A stretch of DNA of 64,000 bases from the NCBI GenBank assembly GCA_051530055.1, contig CM121343.1:94389-158388 (forward strand), read 5' to 3'. Under the pieces are notes generated by a model that made no database searches, had not been told where the DNA came from, and saw nothing but the letters and a program-made list of their open reading frames with translations. The first letter of the stretch is position 1. Every line of letters begins with the position of its first letter. A program made the position numbers and the translations under genes. The DNA is from Neoechinorhynchus agilis (taxonomy: Eukaryota > Animalia > Acanthocephala). Shown here piece by piece: positions 49,851 through 61,380 of the stretch.

Positions 49851-51842
49851 TTAGAAAACAAGAGGATAACTCGCCAATGATGCAACTCCGCACATATTTC
49901 TCCGGTTCCTTGCGAATCGTATGTATCCGTTTTCGCCCCAACGTCTACCCCAGCTATGGAATTGTAGTGAAAATACAAGGTTTGCGGCATAAGTACACAA
50001 CCTGTTCTTTATTATCCAGTAGTCAATGCCTCTTTCCCTGCCATAACCAACTATAACACCGCTATGATCGAGAATGTTCCGGGTGCAATTCTCTTCAACA
50101 TAAATGCCTGCATAATAGTCGCATTAGTGGTGTTTTTTTCAAAAAATTTCGATATTTGCCTCCTTTATAGTATCTAAAACTTCTCTGACGACCATCAAAT
50201 GCTGAAGCAACTGGACCAACGTATACCAAAGTCTCTTTCAATTTGAGCTCGTTTCCGGCTTCGAGGTCTATCCACTGTGTTACAGTGGCGCCAACACTAT
50301 AGGGATTGTATCGGCATGCACCTTCCTAGGCACAAATACCAAAAACTAACTCGAATTCTATTTAATCCATCTTTCATCGTCTACTGGCGGTTTTGAGCTA
50401 AGTGCATCTAAGTCGACCACCGTTTGAAAAAAAACTCATTGAGCTCGATTAAAGTTTTAAGATGGCTGACGCTTTACGGATTCTCAAACAATGGCCGCCC
50501 CAATAAAAGTACGATGCTTTTGCTCAAACCCTCCAGCGTCCAATGAATTAGAAAATCTATTGATTGCTAATAAAAAAGAAACCTTTGCTTCATATGGGTA
50601 CACTTTGTCCGTATTGATACCTTGATTGTCTCTTACATAGTGAAAAGATGGATCGATAAATCCGCCGTTGCAACCATGATTTCCGTATCCTTTGCTGCAA
50701 TCGATAAGTTGTTGTTCACTGAGATCGAGAAGTTTGCCAACACGTCTAATGTTCTGTATTTCAATCACTGCAACTGCCGTGAATGCCCAACATGAACCAC
50801 AGTTTCCTTGATATTTTACAGATGAAACAATTCCGTAGTCACGCCAATCAATTTCATCGGGCAATTGCACATCGTATGCTCCAGCCCGTTCTTGTTTTCG
50901 ATAACGATACTTTGGTCGACGGAGTTGCCGACGACTAATTCGTGATTGATCGATAGGCGGAGATATCTTTGCAATCTCAACTTCTGTCTAAAACAAAAAT
51001 CTATGGATATTCAGTTAGAGAGTGCGACCAACGTGACCACTTGGTGACATGTGACCGTCTTTCCCCGTTGCGATTTGGTTGAGGATATAATACTTTGAAC
51101 CAGTACAAATCGCTCAATTACATACAATAATCCACATAAAAAAAGTATGATGTTGACAATACCCCTTCTAAAATAAGGTTACTGTCCTTTGGGCTAGTCG
51201 GTCATCAGCCATATTCAAAGGCTGATGCTATTGAGAGCAACCGGATAAATATGCGAACTATTTAAGAGCTTATTATGGTTTGGTAAATTTGTTTGAAAGG
51301 TCACAAATCACGACTTGAGCAGTGGGCACTACAGTCCTTTGTAACGCATTCTCTTACAAGGTCAGCAAATTCATTTAGAGCTAAATAATATGTCTTTAAA
51401 CAATGTCGATAGTCATTATTGTGATTCTCAATGTATTGCATAGGACAGGGATCATGACAATCTTCAACGCAACTCCGATTCTATGATTCCTATCATAGTG
51501 GAAGTGAAAATTTTGTACCGTTTTTGTTCCTCCTTTGGATCATCATAGTGTTTATCTAGTCAAATAAAGTAAAATGTTTTTTTTAAAAAAAGGAAGCTGA
51601 CCGTATTTTTGTTTGAATCCTAACCATGAGAGGGTCTTTGGTTTTGCATCACCGTTGTCAACACCGGGAATTGTTCGGTAGCATCGAGCCCCCATTGGAT
51701 ACGAGCTTTGTTCCTTCTTAGCAGCTATAACTTGATTTATATGGCATAATAAGAGAAAAATTGTGATTGGTCGGTAAGCGTGAAACTTTTCGCGGTTCGG
51801 TAGAGCCAATAGGAGTTCATTTGGACTTGCCGCGGGACCCAT
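49851..51842 (-). CDS. Cathepsin L-like papain-family cysteine protease (I29 propeptide interrupted by a 55-bp insertion)
   Basis: [21 protein letters not shown] (Cys), [21 protein letters not shown] (His), [14 protein letters not shown] (Asn); propeptide [37 protein letters not shown]. Confidence 0.9.
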
Positions 51843-52601
51843 ATTTGTAGGAGACTTGTGTTTCTACAAGAGAGCGATTTGTCGATCTGCGGGGTGGAGA
51901 GTTCAGGATATCAGGCGTAAACCTGGCCTCTCTCCCGTCAAATGGATCCTTTGTCGTATTTGAAAAAAGGAATCGACAACAACGACGCACACACACACAA
52001 TGATGATAGTTTGCACTGAGAACTCCCATGAGAAAGTGGCACGAGTTCTTTATTAGATGGAAACGCAACCGCACGTGGAGGTTGCCACCACCACCACCAC
52101 CACCGACTCCGGAGCAGTACGCGCGACGAAGTTGTGTGTGTGTGTGTGGCACGGGAAACGAAGTTTGTGTTCATCAGACGACGGTTCAGCGGTGCTGATT
52201 GGCGTTCAAAAATCGTAAAAGGTGCACGCAAGATGTCACTTCAGTGAGTGCTGCTGCTGCTTCAGGTTGCAATTGTTCTATCTTCGCGATATGAAGTGCA
52301 TCCATGCGTGCACTCGAGGGAAACGCATTTCGCTTGTACGCCATGATCTCCATGCTTTTAATTAACTCTTTTATCGGCCTAATTGTCCTTCAGAGGAGAT
52401 TACATGATTTATCGCCGTGTTAAAAAAACCGAACACTAAACGGAAAATGTACGTGTAGGCCGCGATCTATTTGACAAGCTTTAGTGGCAACATCTCGCTC
52501 CAAAACGTATTATTTACGAGCCATCGTCAAATTAGATCAACATATGGCGAACAGTTCAAAAGATTCCAGCACTGTGGTTCATTCACGAAAATCGCGTTAC
52601 A

Positions 52602-53559
52602 ATGAACACACCTTTTTACGCGTTTACTTTAATAATCGTTTGTGTCCTTGCTCAAACACGTTCTAGTAATACTTTTCCGCGCTTTTTAGGTCCTCGTTGG
52701 ATCTAAAGCTGACCACCAATCGGGATCCTCGCCAAATGTCAAAACGAACGCACACAGTATAACACAAAAATAACTCAAATATTCTCTCTCTTAAATTTTT
52801 GTTTTATAAGGCACGATTGAGGAAATAAGATTTTGCCAACAAAAACCTATAGGAGCGAATTGTGGTAAGGGACCTAAAAAGCATTGGACGTTCGATCCAG
52901 CGACACTCATGTGTTCTCGATCGTTGTTCAAGTGCTACAAATATGGATTCAGTACGGAGAATGAATGCATCGAAAAATGTGGGAAGCTAAATTGGAAAAA
53001 GAGTAAAAGAACATTTTTTTTGCATTCCATCCTGCATTCCAGTGGTCCTTTAGAAATATGCGTTAAAAGCGCTATTCCCGCTTGTCGTAAAAACGAAACT
53101 CGATGGTCCTATAAAACTGACTTGGCTATTTGTTCACCATCCACGAAAGGTCAATGTTCAGGAGTTTTAAACAACTTCCAAACCAAAGACCAATGCGACG
53201 CTGTGTGTGGAGTAGGCGCCAGTACGGTCAATGCAACAGGTTGTTTGTATTTTAGTTCGCCAATAATTCCTACAAAACTCACAGCATTGTGTAAGCTTCC
53301 ACTAAAAGTTGGTGCTTGCAAGATGCGGATAACTCGTTATTACATGAACAAGCGCGGGCAATGCCGAATGTTTACGTTCAGTGGATGCGGAGGCAACGGG
53401 AATAATTTTTTCAGTCGGATTCAATGCAAGATCATTTGTGAGAAATATGGACTAGTAGAGAAAAGTAAGGATTGTTTACGTTATGTTGATAGCACTATTG
53501 GTTTAGGATTTTTCCTTCTAAGGATAATCGATGCTATAGCATCTCACTTTCAAGGTTGA
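52602..53559 (+). CDS. Secreted protein with three tandem Kunitz/BPTI domains
   Basis: Signal MNTPFYAFTLIIVLVGSKA (exons 52602-52637 and 52690-52756); three 6-Cys units; domain 3 canonical (CKLPLKVGACKMR..FTFSGCGGNGNNF, P1 Lys), domain 1 atypically spaced. Confidence 0.85.
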
Positions 53560-54260
53560 CAAAGCGGTTTTTTTGTCTAGTTGGATGAAATAACCGTTTT
53601 TGTTTTTGAGCAACGGCGGAAAACGGAATCTGAGTCATTTTATACACACGCACACACACTGCATTACTAGGTCCAGACGATCGTTAAAAAAACAATGTAG
53701 CCTGACCTTTAAACTTTTTTTTACTCAATGACAGCCACATTCATTGTCAAGACACATTACTTCAAGCACCGTCACCCATACATTTCTCAAAATAAAAGGG
53801 AGTGCACCGGTTTGTGGTTCCTGAACTCAATCACTGCGAAATGTATTCTTCCTATTTACTACCAGGCGTAAATCTATCATCATCATACGGTTCAAAACCA
53901 GGTTCAAGCCAGGCTACTGCATTTCTCAGAAACTATGTTGTTATGCTCCCTCCTGGACGACCAATTTTCGGTGGAACAACGTATGTATTACTGCGTTCCC
54001 ACTAAGTGGCAGTCCTCTTAAATCATGTAAATTCAGATACGTGAGTGTGCCTTCTAATCCATCGAACTACATGAAGCAGAGGTCGGGTTTCAATCGGTTT
54101 GATACTCATGCGACACAGGAAAATGGGCCTCTAATAAGGATGGCCTTCTTACCACAATAATAAAAAAAATTAGCGTATTTATACGTCTGATTTCTGTATC
54201 GTGGAATAATTTATCTTTAATGAGTTAATGGATTGTTTTCAGCCTTTCATAACAAATTTT

Positions 54261-54299
54261 AGGCCGACATTTCGGAGTTTTATTCCTTCTTCAGGGCCC
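54261..54299 (-). ncRNA. Minimal type I hammerhead ribozyme, left member of an inverted pair (54261-54383)
   Basis: GGGCC-CUGAAGA-A-GGA(auaaaac)UCC-GAAA-UGUC-GGCCU, GUC triplet. The partner at 54345-54383 (+) has C3 changed to U and a stem I mismatch. Confidence 0.78.
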
Positions 54300-55101
54300 T
54301 GAAAACATGCGACAAAAAAACTTAGAAACAATCGCGTGTTTTCAGGAACTTGAAGAAGGAATAAAACTCCGAAATATCGGTCCAAGGCATCGGGTGAACA
54401 TTTAAGCCAAACTAATGTTACTCTGGACTCTCAATTGACATCCACATACTAATACATTGGTTGTTATTTGTGAATCACATGATCCATCAAAAAATGCCTA
54501 GAAAGCAATTGGTTACGAATTTATTTACAATGAGATTTACTACAATATGGTATCTTAATTTCATTCTTCTGATAGCCCAGAAGTGAAAGGGACCTCCCTC
54601 ACACGATAGTCACCGGAGTTTGATGTTGAAGCAATGAAGGAGTGGAATAGTTCCTGAGATGGTATAGATTTGATGGCCTCTCCATCAGATAAGCCCGCCA
54701 AAACCGCCAACCCATGGTTATCATATGAGTACCCCCCCCCCCAAAGACCACCATTTGCCCTGAACCAGTAACGATAGGCTTCAACGTCCTACTCATAAAA
54801 TGTTGTAGTAATGATAGCGAACTCTTGCTTGTCACTTTGATCAAACACGTCCCGTAAAGAATGAAACGTAGTCCTTCCAGCTGACTCGACGGCATACAGT
54901 TCCTCGATGAGGATCGGGTTCCAGATAGTCAGCACCAGATTAGCCGGTTGATGAGGTGCATTGATTAAATTTCAGGACAGTGTGGCAGCTATCCTACCAT
55001 CCATACGATGCGTCCGAGTTTATAATAATAACACGTTTATTTGTGAGTTAACAAAGCAAAGGACTCATGTATCTTTGGGTTCTCAAGAACACTCGAATTC
55101 G

Positions 55102-55170
55102 TAGGAGAGATTGTTAGGTTGGGTCTTCCCTCCGGTTCATATTAATTTAAATTTTGATGACCAAACAGAT
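55102..55170 (+). repeat. Diverged solitary fragment of the 235-bp satellite unit
   Basis: taggagagattgttaggttgggtcttccctccggttcat resembles taggagagtttgtgaggttgggtctctcctcaggttcat. Confidence 0.6.
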
Positions 55171-55235
55171 CTTGAACGTTGTTTCGTTTTTATGGTGGAA
55201 TTGTTTTAGTCTGTTCACTGTGGTTCACTCAGTTA

Positions 55236-55440
55236 CCATCGTCGAAAGGACGGATACAGCGTTCCCCTTGCAAAGCTGGACTTATGTTTGGCAGAAGAAA
55301 TTATCCTGTCTTCGGATCGTCAGTGATTTGTCTGAGTCTTTTAGACATTTGTTTGACCAGGTCCTGCGCCGCGGTTCCGAACGACCGTAGCGTCGCAGCG
55401 CCAACGAAAACGAAATAATGATTTCGACCCGGGTCCAATT
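55236..55440 (-). mobile_element. Decayed CRE-clade non-LTR retrotransposon 3' end
   Basis: HYFVFVGAATLRSFGTAAQDLVKQMSKRLRQITDDPKTG*FLLPNISPALQG parallels the C-terminus of the intact fragment at 58545-58985. Confidence 0.6.
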
Positions 55441-57414
55441 GTTTCGTCTTTTTGCGATCCTCTTTCTAGCAACACAATACCTTTTGGAGGTATCTTTTGT
55501 GACCATGATTTCCAGAACTAGATAAATACTCAATTATATAGATAAGAAGGGATTAACTTAGACGAATACAGCAGCCACATGAATTCAAGGCAATTACTTT
55601 ATCCGCTACAAACGATTCTAACAAGCACGTGAATTTTATACCTTTGAAAAGTACCTTCCATTGCAGCTTAGATGTTGAAAACAAGATTAATCCACGGGCG
55701 GTGTTGAAAAGGCGATGGATGCAAGGAAATGATGGAGAGCATCCTTCTAAAATAGTGTTGTCCTTTTGGGAGATAAATGAAGTTTAGAATCAAAATCATC
55801 GTTTCAGCGGAGAAAAGTAGCGTATGAACTAAGAAATGATTTATGCGAATCGCTGCAAAAATGGTGTAAAAAATTATTTTAAATAAAATGTTCCTTTCGT
55901 AAATTCATGCTGCAATCGGTAAAATTGTGCCAACCTGGATGACTAATTGCAACGGTAAGAGGAATTCAATCACTGAAACACGTTATCAAGGAAGCTAATT
56001 CCTAAGAAATTCTCAGGCGCCGTGTGCATTCTTGAAGGCGAAAATTGGCTGTGAGGCTCGATTTTCGTTTAATCTTAGAGGGAGTTCTGAAGATGAAACC
56101 CGAGGAATTATAGTGTTTTTAAATTTACTCTATTGCAAAGAATAAAAACCAATACCCAAATGGCGTTTTTAAAGTTATCGAAAATTGGTTTATAAACCTG
56201 TGCTTTCATGGTTCTTAAGTCTCGGATATAAAAAGAGTTCTACACAATACCACTGTTTTCTGGTTGATAGTATCTAAAGTAAGAATTTACGATACGTGCT
56301 ATCGCAAGTAAACAAAACATTCTTTTTAGAGCAATAAAGTACAATTGGACTCTAATCAAATCGTTTAACTCCTGACAAAACAAACAATGACCCAGTGTCG
56401 GGATAATAATAACACTTTCTATTCAGTTTCCAATCGGGATTTTCCACATTAGAAAACCTTCCGCTGTTCCTTGCTGCATTGATACACGATATTGATCATA
56501 AAAGACGGTAGTTCATTGGATTGAGTTCTACGATATCTAGTCCCTGTTTAAAGTTAAATAGGGCTTTTCCTTGTAAAAATGTCTCAGATAACGACAATCC
56601 TTAATTCGTATCATTATTTTTCCTGGTTAGAGGTGCGCAAATTGCAGATTTAACTATATCGACCTCTCTTCTTCACTATTCTACTTTGTCGTTAATTCAA
56701 AATCGTCTTCGTCTCGGCTATTCGATAAGTCTCGCAGTCCTTGGTAATGGCGGGTTTCTCCCATGCGAACTGTCCAAGGAGGAGCGGTTCAAACAATGAT
56801 AAAACCGTGATGGAGAACTACAACTCATCACTCTCGTGGAAAATTCTACTTCGCCCCAAAGGGGATTTTCGAATGATAAGGCAAATGACGATCGATGCTG
56901 TAACCGTTGGGCAAAGAGCAATCACGATCAATACTCAAGTTGATTTTACACTGAATATCCCATATAAATGACCTGAAAATTGAATTGTTCGTGTATTTAT
57001 AAGGCGGATAAATTGAAGTAATCTATTAATTCAATCGGAAATTTCAGCACTATAAAAAAATAGAAATTATTGATGCGGACGAGAAGTCCAAATTTCAAAT
57101 AGCAGACATTTGAGCGTTTTAAATGCAACTCACCTCCAGAGCAAATTATGCATTAGAGCGCATAAAATTATGAGCCAGGTTACTACATCCCGAGTCCTCG
57201 TCTAAGGCGACGGCATGAAGCCACACCGATCTCTTTCTTCAGAGAAGTTATTGAATCACTTAGACTCTGGTCAACTGGAATTTAGCCCTGAATCCCTGCT
57301 TCAGGGTGGATGGGTTCGATTCCACGATCGCCAATGACGCACAACCAAAAAGGAACGAACTACTGCTGAAGGGAGCACCGGGGGAGGTATGTGAGGATCG
57401 CGAGGGATGCGTAC

Positions 57415-58050
57415 AAAACCCCGGATTTATCCTAAATGAACCTTCCCAAAATCGATTTATTTATTTTTGTAGCCTAAATTTCTACAAATTTGCATTAGAT
57501 TTTTAGCTCTTGCGCTGGATATAGAATTTGTGGGATCTCAAAACGTTTAAAGCTTCGATTCCGGCATTTGTCTCATAACAAAACCGGGAAAGTTTATTTT
57601 TAGTGCTGATGATATTTTATTCGCGTTTTTTAGAGAATAAAAAATAGAAATTATAACATTACCGATTAAATCGATAACGATTAAAAAGTTTTCAAAAACG
57701 CCGATAGATATCGTCTTCGAAAAACCCCGGATTTATCCTAAATGAACTTTCCCAAAATCGATTTATTTATTTTTGTAGTCTAAATTTCTACAAATTTGCA
57801 TTAGATTTTTAGCTCTTTCGCTGGATATAGAATTTGTGGGACCTCAAAACGTTTAAAGCTTCGATTCCGGCATTTGTCTCATAACAAAACCGGGAAAATT
57901 TATTTTTAGTGCTGATGATATTTTATTCGCGTTTTTTTAGAGAATAAAAAATAAAAATTATCGCATTACCGATTAAGTCGATAACGATTCAAGAAAAAAA
58001 CCCGGTTGTATCCTAAATGAAACATTCCTAAATCGATCCATTTATTTTCT
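57415..58050. repeat. Tandem duplication, ~306-bp unit, two copies plus a degenerate third start
   Basis: aaaaccccggatttatcctaaatgaa at 57415 and 57721; degenerate at 57997. Confidence 0.85.
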
Positions 58051-58495
58051 TGAATGTTTTGATCCTCGAATACGTCTTGCCAACTGCAAATCTTTGGGTA
58101 TGATGGTAACTCTTTTCGCATGGATTGCGCAGATTTGTGTCTTCGAAGCTGCCATCCAAAAAATATTCCGTTGCCTCTTTCGGGAGCGTAAAGCGCAGCC
58201 CCTTGCCAGCGCATCAGTACGGAATGCTGGCTATCTCTCTTGCGAGTCGCTGGATAAGTCGACGGCTTATCAAGAGGTCCGTCGATCGTTTCAAACGTCT
58301 TATCTCCTTATTTGCCACTGTCCCTGGCTTAAACCTGTACTTCTTGCGCGTCTTAGTCTTGATTGTCGTCTTTGCTTGCTTGTCTGGACTACCACGTTGC
58401 GGAAGGACACTTCCCGTCGTTTCCTCAACAGTCGGTTGCTTATTGGTCATTGTTACTTTTGTTGCTACTTTAACTAAAAAAGGATTTTTGTACAT
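58042..58495 (-). pseudogene. Histone H3-variant / cenH3-like pseudogene
   Basis: [31 protein letters not shown], in-frame TGA in loop 1, [20 protein letters not shown], frameshift, then [23 protein letters not shown]-tail unrelated to ARTKQTAR; no introns. Confidence 0.88.
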
Positions 58496-58544
58496 TTAAA
58501 ATGTCAGCATTTCTGATTCAATCTTTTAGTTTTCATTATATCCC

Positions 58545-58985
58545 TCATTCCGCGCCACTCCAATGGGCCGTTGTTATCACGCTTGCCGTGTTGCCCCGTT
58601 GAATAGCCACACTCAAGCGTTGGATGAGGTAGTTCCTTTGTCTGTGATCTCCGCTGGCTTTTATGAGTAGTCGACCTATCTCCGCGCAAAATTTCATCGC
58701 CGAAACTCCAAACGCCCCATTTGTCTCCACACCGAAAGGAAGGAATAGGTGAGTCTTTTCCAGCTCAGCGTATTTCGCTGTCTTCCTCCTTTCGACCGCC
58801 GTCGCAGCTCCTCCCGGTCCTGATATTGCATCACTTCGGTTGGAGGGTGCTAACGAATCGACGCATGTGGCGTCCCAAATAAGGCATTTTCCTTCTTTCC
58901 ATGGGAATATGGTCATCCCATCGGGACGTTTGCCATCTGAGCGACACAGGTGGTTCGGCTCTATGACGATATTTTCGTGTGCGTA
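58545..58985 (-). mobile_element. 5'-truncated CRE-clade non-LTR retrotransposon, restriction-like endonuclease domain
   Basis: EPNHLCRSDGKRPDGMTIFPWKEGKCLIWDATCVDSLAPS..FLPFGVETNGAFG..QRLSVAIQRGNTASV (PD-(D/E)xK-type RLE). Confidence 0.85.
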
Positions 58986-59309
58986 ATTAAACCTGTTTTT
59001 TCTAACAGGAAGTCGGCGATCCAGCTGTGTTTATGGTTAATATTGTATTAAGGTTTTTATGTTCAATAAAATGTGCCTAATTATTTGGGTCTGATCATTT
59101 CTGCGTATGACGATCTTTATATTGTTTCAACCTCATTTCTCAGAAATAAGTGTCTTAGTGTACTTAGCTGAAATGAATAAGTTGATTTTGTTTATCATGG
59201 TTTCTCTCATGATTAATACTGCACACTTTGTTAGCTCTCCGGAATAAAGACTGTACGTAATTTAATGGCTTGAGGCGAGTTGGTTTTCCACGATGTGATT
59301 TACCAACAG

Positions 59310-59576
59310 ATTCCAAGTTTCCGGTGTATGGAAGTGTTTACTTGACGACCTGTTTTCTTCACTCAAACGTCGAGGATAGTTTTTGTCTTTGTAAGAGATT
59401 GACCGTTGAGTTGTCTTGTCTTTATTGTTGAATAGATGCGTGGATTTGAGCACGCAGAAAACGTCGTCGACGTATCGCGACCATTTTATCAGAAATTCTA
59501 CTATAGACTTAATGCTCCCAATTCGACACGTGAAGATCCGCTAATGCGTACCCTAAGGGGACCCCACCGCCACTCC
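59310..59576 (-). mobile_element. Penelope-like element RT remnant
   Basis: GVAVGSP/PLGYALADLHV..WE, WSRYVDDVFCVL, LDV*VKK..NTSIHRK, with frameshifts. Confidence 0.8.
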
Positions 59577-59611
59577 GTCAATTTACTCACATATTAAAAA
59601 ACTTACAAACA

Positions 59612-59653
59612 ATCGCTGAAGAAGATCCGAGATAGTGGATCGAAATATCCAAT
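59612..59653 (+). ncRNA. Minimal type I hammerhead motif between two Penelope remnants
   Basis: AUCG-CUGAAGA-A-GAUCC(gagauagu)GGAUC-GAAA-UAUC-CAAU: perfect 5-bp stem II, AUC triplet, one stem I mismatch. Confidence 0.75.
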
Positions 59654-59945
59654 AAAATCTTAATTTCATTTATTTTCTCCTATCGACAAATAACAATGAA
59701 TTATCTTTTCAACAATTTTCCCAATGACCAGGCTGACTTTCTATTTGTCGAATTTAGAAATTTCCGTCGACTGATAAAAAGTCGAAATTCTTCGCATATT
59801 TTTAAACGTGGCCAAAAAGTAATCGAAGTCCATGTCGGTTTTTTTAATTAAGAGGATTGAAAGACTATTGGATTTTATGATTTTTTTAAGAAAATCAAAA
59901 TTTTTGCTTTAAGCAACCGATCGTTCTAAATTAAATTTATCAATA

Positions 59946-60545
59946 ATGGATAAAATAAGCGCAGTCCAATCTTTATTCCGAGGAGCTACCAAAGCCTGCA
60001 ATATTGATCATGAGAGAAACCGTGAGATCGATAATATCAGTAACGTGTTTAAAAGAAGGCACTATCCGGATTGCACTATACGACAGGCCGACCTTATCGA
60101 CCTAAACCCAGCAGTGGTATTCATTCGATCTGAATTCGTTGATGATTTTTGCTCTAATCTTTTACGCTGGACACTTGGAAATTTAAAATGCCCGGCTCGC
60201 CTATATCACAAGAGAACCCCGACAATCACGGGCATCTTTAAAAGAAAACCTCAGAAAAATGCAAGTTCGGATCTTGTATACCGCGCATAAATTGACAAAA
60301 GAGCTGTTCAAAAAATTACAAACAGAGGAATTGGAAATGATCAAGTACAAAATCGTGCTCCACCGCCTGTATACGATTTGGCATTGCTAGAAAAGGATGA
60401 TGTGAACACCGCAGATTTCTTCAGAATGTGAAAGTATCGAGCGCGTCCTCGGAATAAGTGAGAATGGTCAAGCTCCACAGGTCGAGTTGAGAAGAGTTCC
60501 AGGATTATAGAACAAGCGTTTGTGTGATAATCTCAATCAGATCAG
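59946..60545 (+). mobile_element. Penelope-like element thumb/linker remnant leading to the GIY-YIG region
   Basis: KISAVQSLFRGATKAC..EIDNISNVFKRRHYP..TITGIFKRK..SSDLVY*, followed by a degenerate endonuclease C-terminus. Confidence 0.6.
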
Positions 60546-61380
60546 AGTTGAACAGGTAGCTTTGACTGCGATTGATCTAATTGGTTTTGTAAGTATTGAA
60601 ACTTTAGGTTAACCGATCGGTGATTTAAGGGTTTCTATCATCCAAAAACGAACCCAGTCCATTGTTTCTGCGTTCAAGGATCCCGCGACTGCTTTATAGA
60701 TAATCATTAGGCTAATCTCTCACTATCCAAAACAAGTCTAAGATTATACTCCTTAGACATTGTACCCAGTACCTCGCTCTGGATGTTTGGCATTACCTGT
60801 CCTTTAGCAGTATCTAAAGTTTCTAGCCGCTTTTCTGACTACAGTGTCCATAAGTTGTTCGGCTACATCACCATTTCGCTCTAAAACGCTGACTGCTATG
60901 TTGGATAAGGGAGATTAAGGTGATTGAACTTTTTCTCTTTTGAAAAATTATTATGCTTTTTTTAATTGACGCACAAGTATTCCGCTCCTTTGTATTCTCA
61001 GGGAATTAAATTTCGAACTTTAAACGCGAGTCGCATTATTTTTAAATTGATCATATCTAAAATTGCAGTCATCTATTGATTGTCTATAATCTGCATTCTG
61101 GAAAATTGTTCGATGATCACAATAGACATCTCTAGAACGCTTCTTAAGAAAATTAAACTATGGTGGATGGAATTTCAAACATGTATTAAGCTTTACACTT
61201 AATTCATTCAAAATGTTAGATTTGCTGCCCTATTGAACGTAACGGCATGATATTCTAGCGTGTAATTTAAATTTAAAAGCCTTCCACAATCAACCATCGT
61301 TATTATTATGACTTTTATTAGAAAAAGTCTAAACCCCATGCTGACATATACAGCTTTGAATTATATAAAGTCTACGGTTT

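Noticed and set aside
53802-54005. Possible LINE endonuclease remnant (GRPGGS on the minus strand)
   Set aside because: Too short and degenerate to support.
57290-57335. tRNA T-arm/B-box-like GGGTTCGATTCC...CCA
   Set aside because: No A-box, D-arm or acceptor-stem pairing; not a tRNA.
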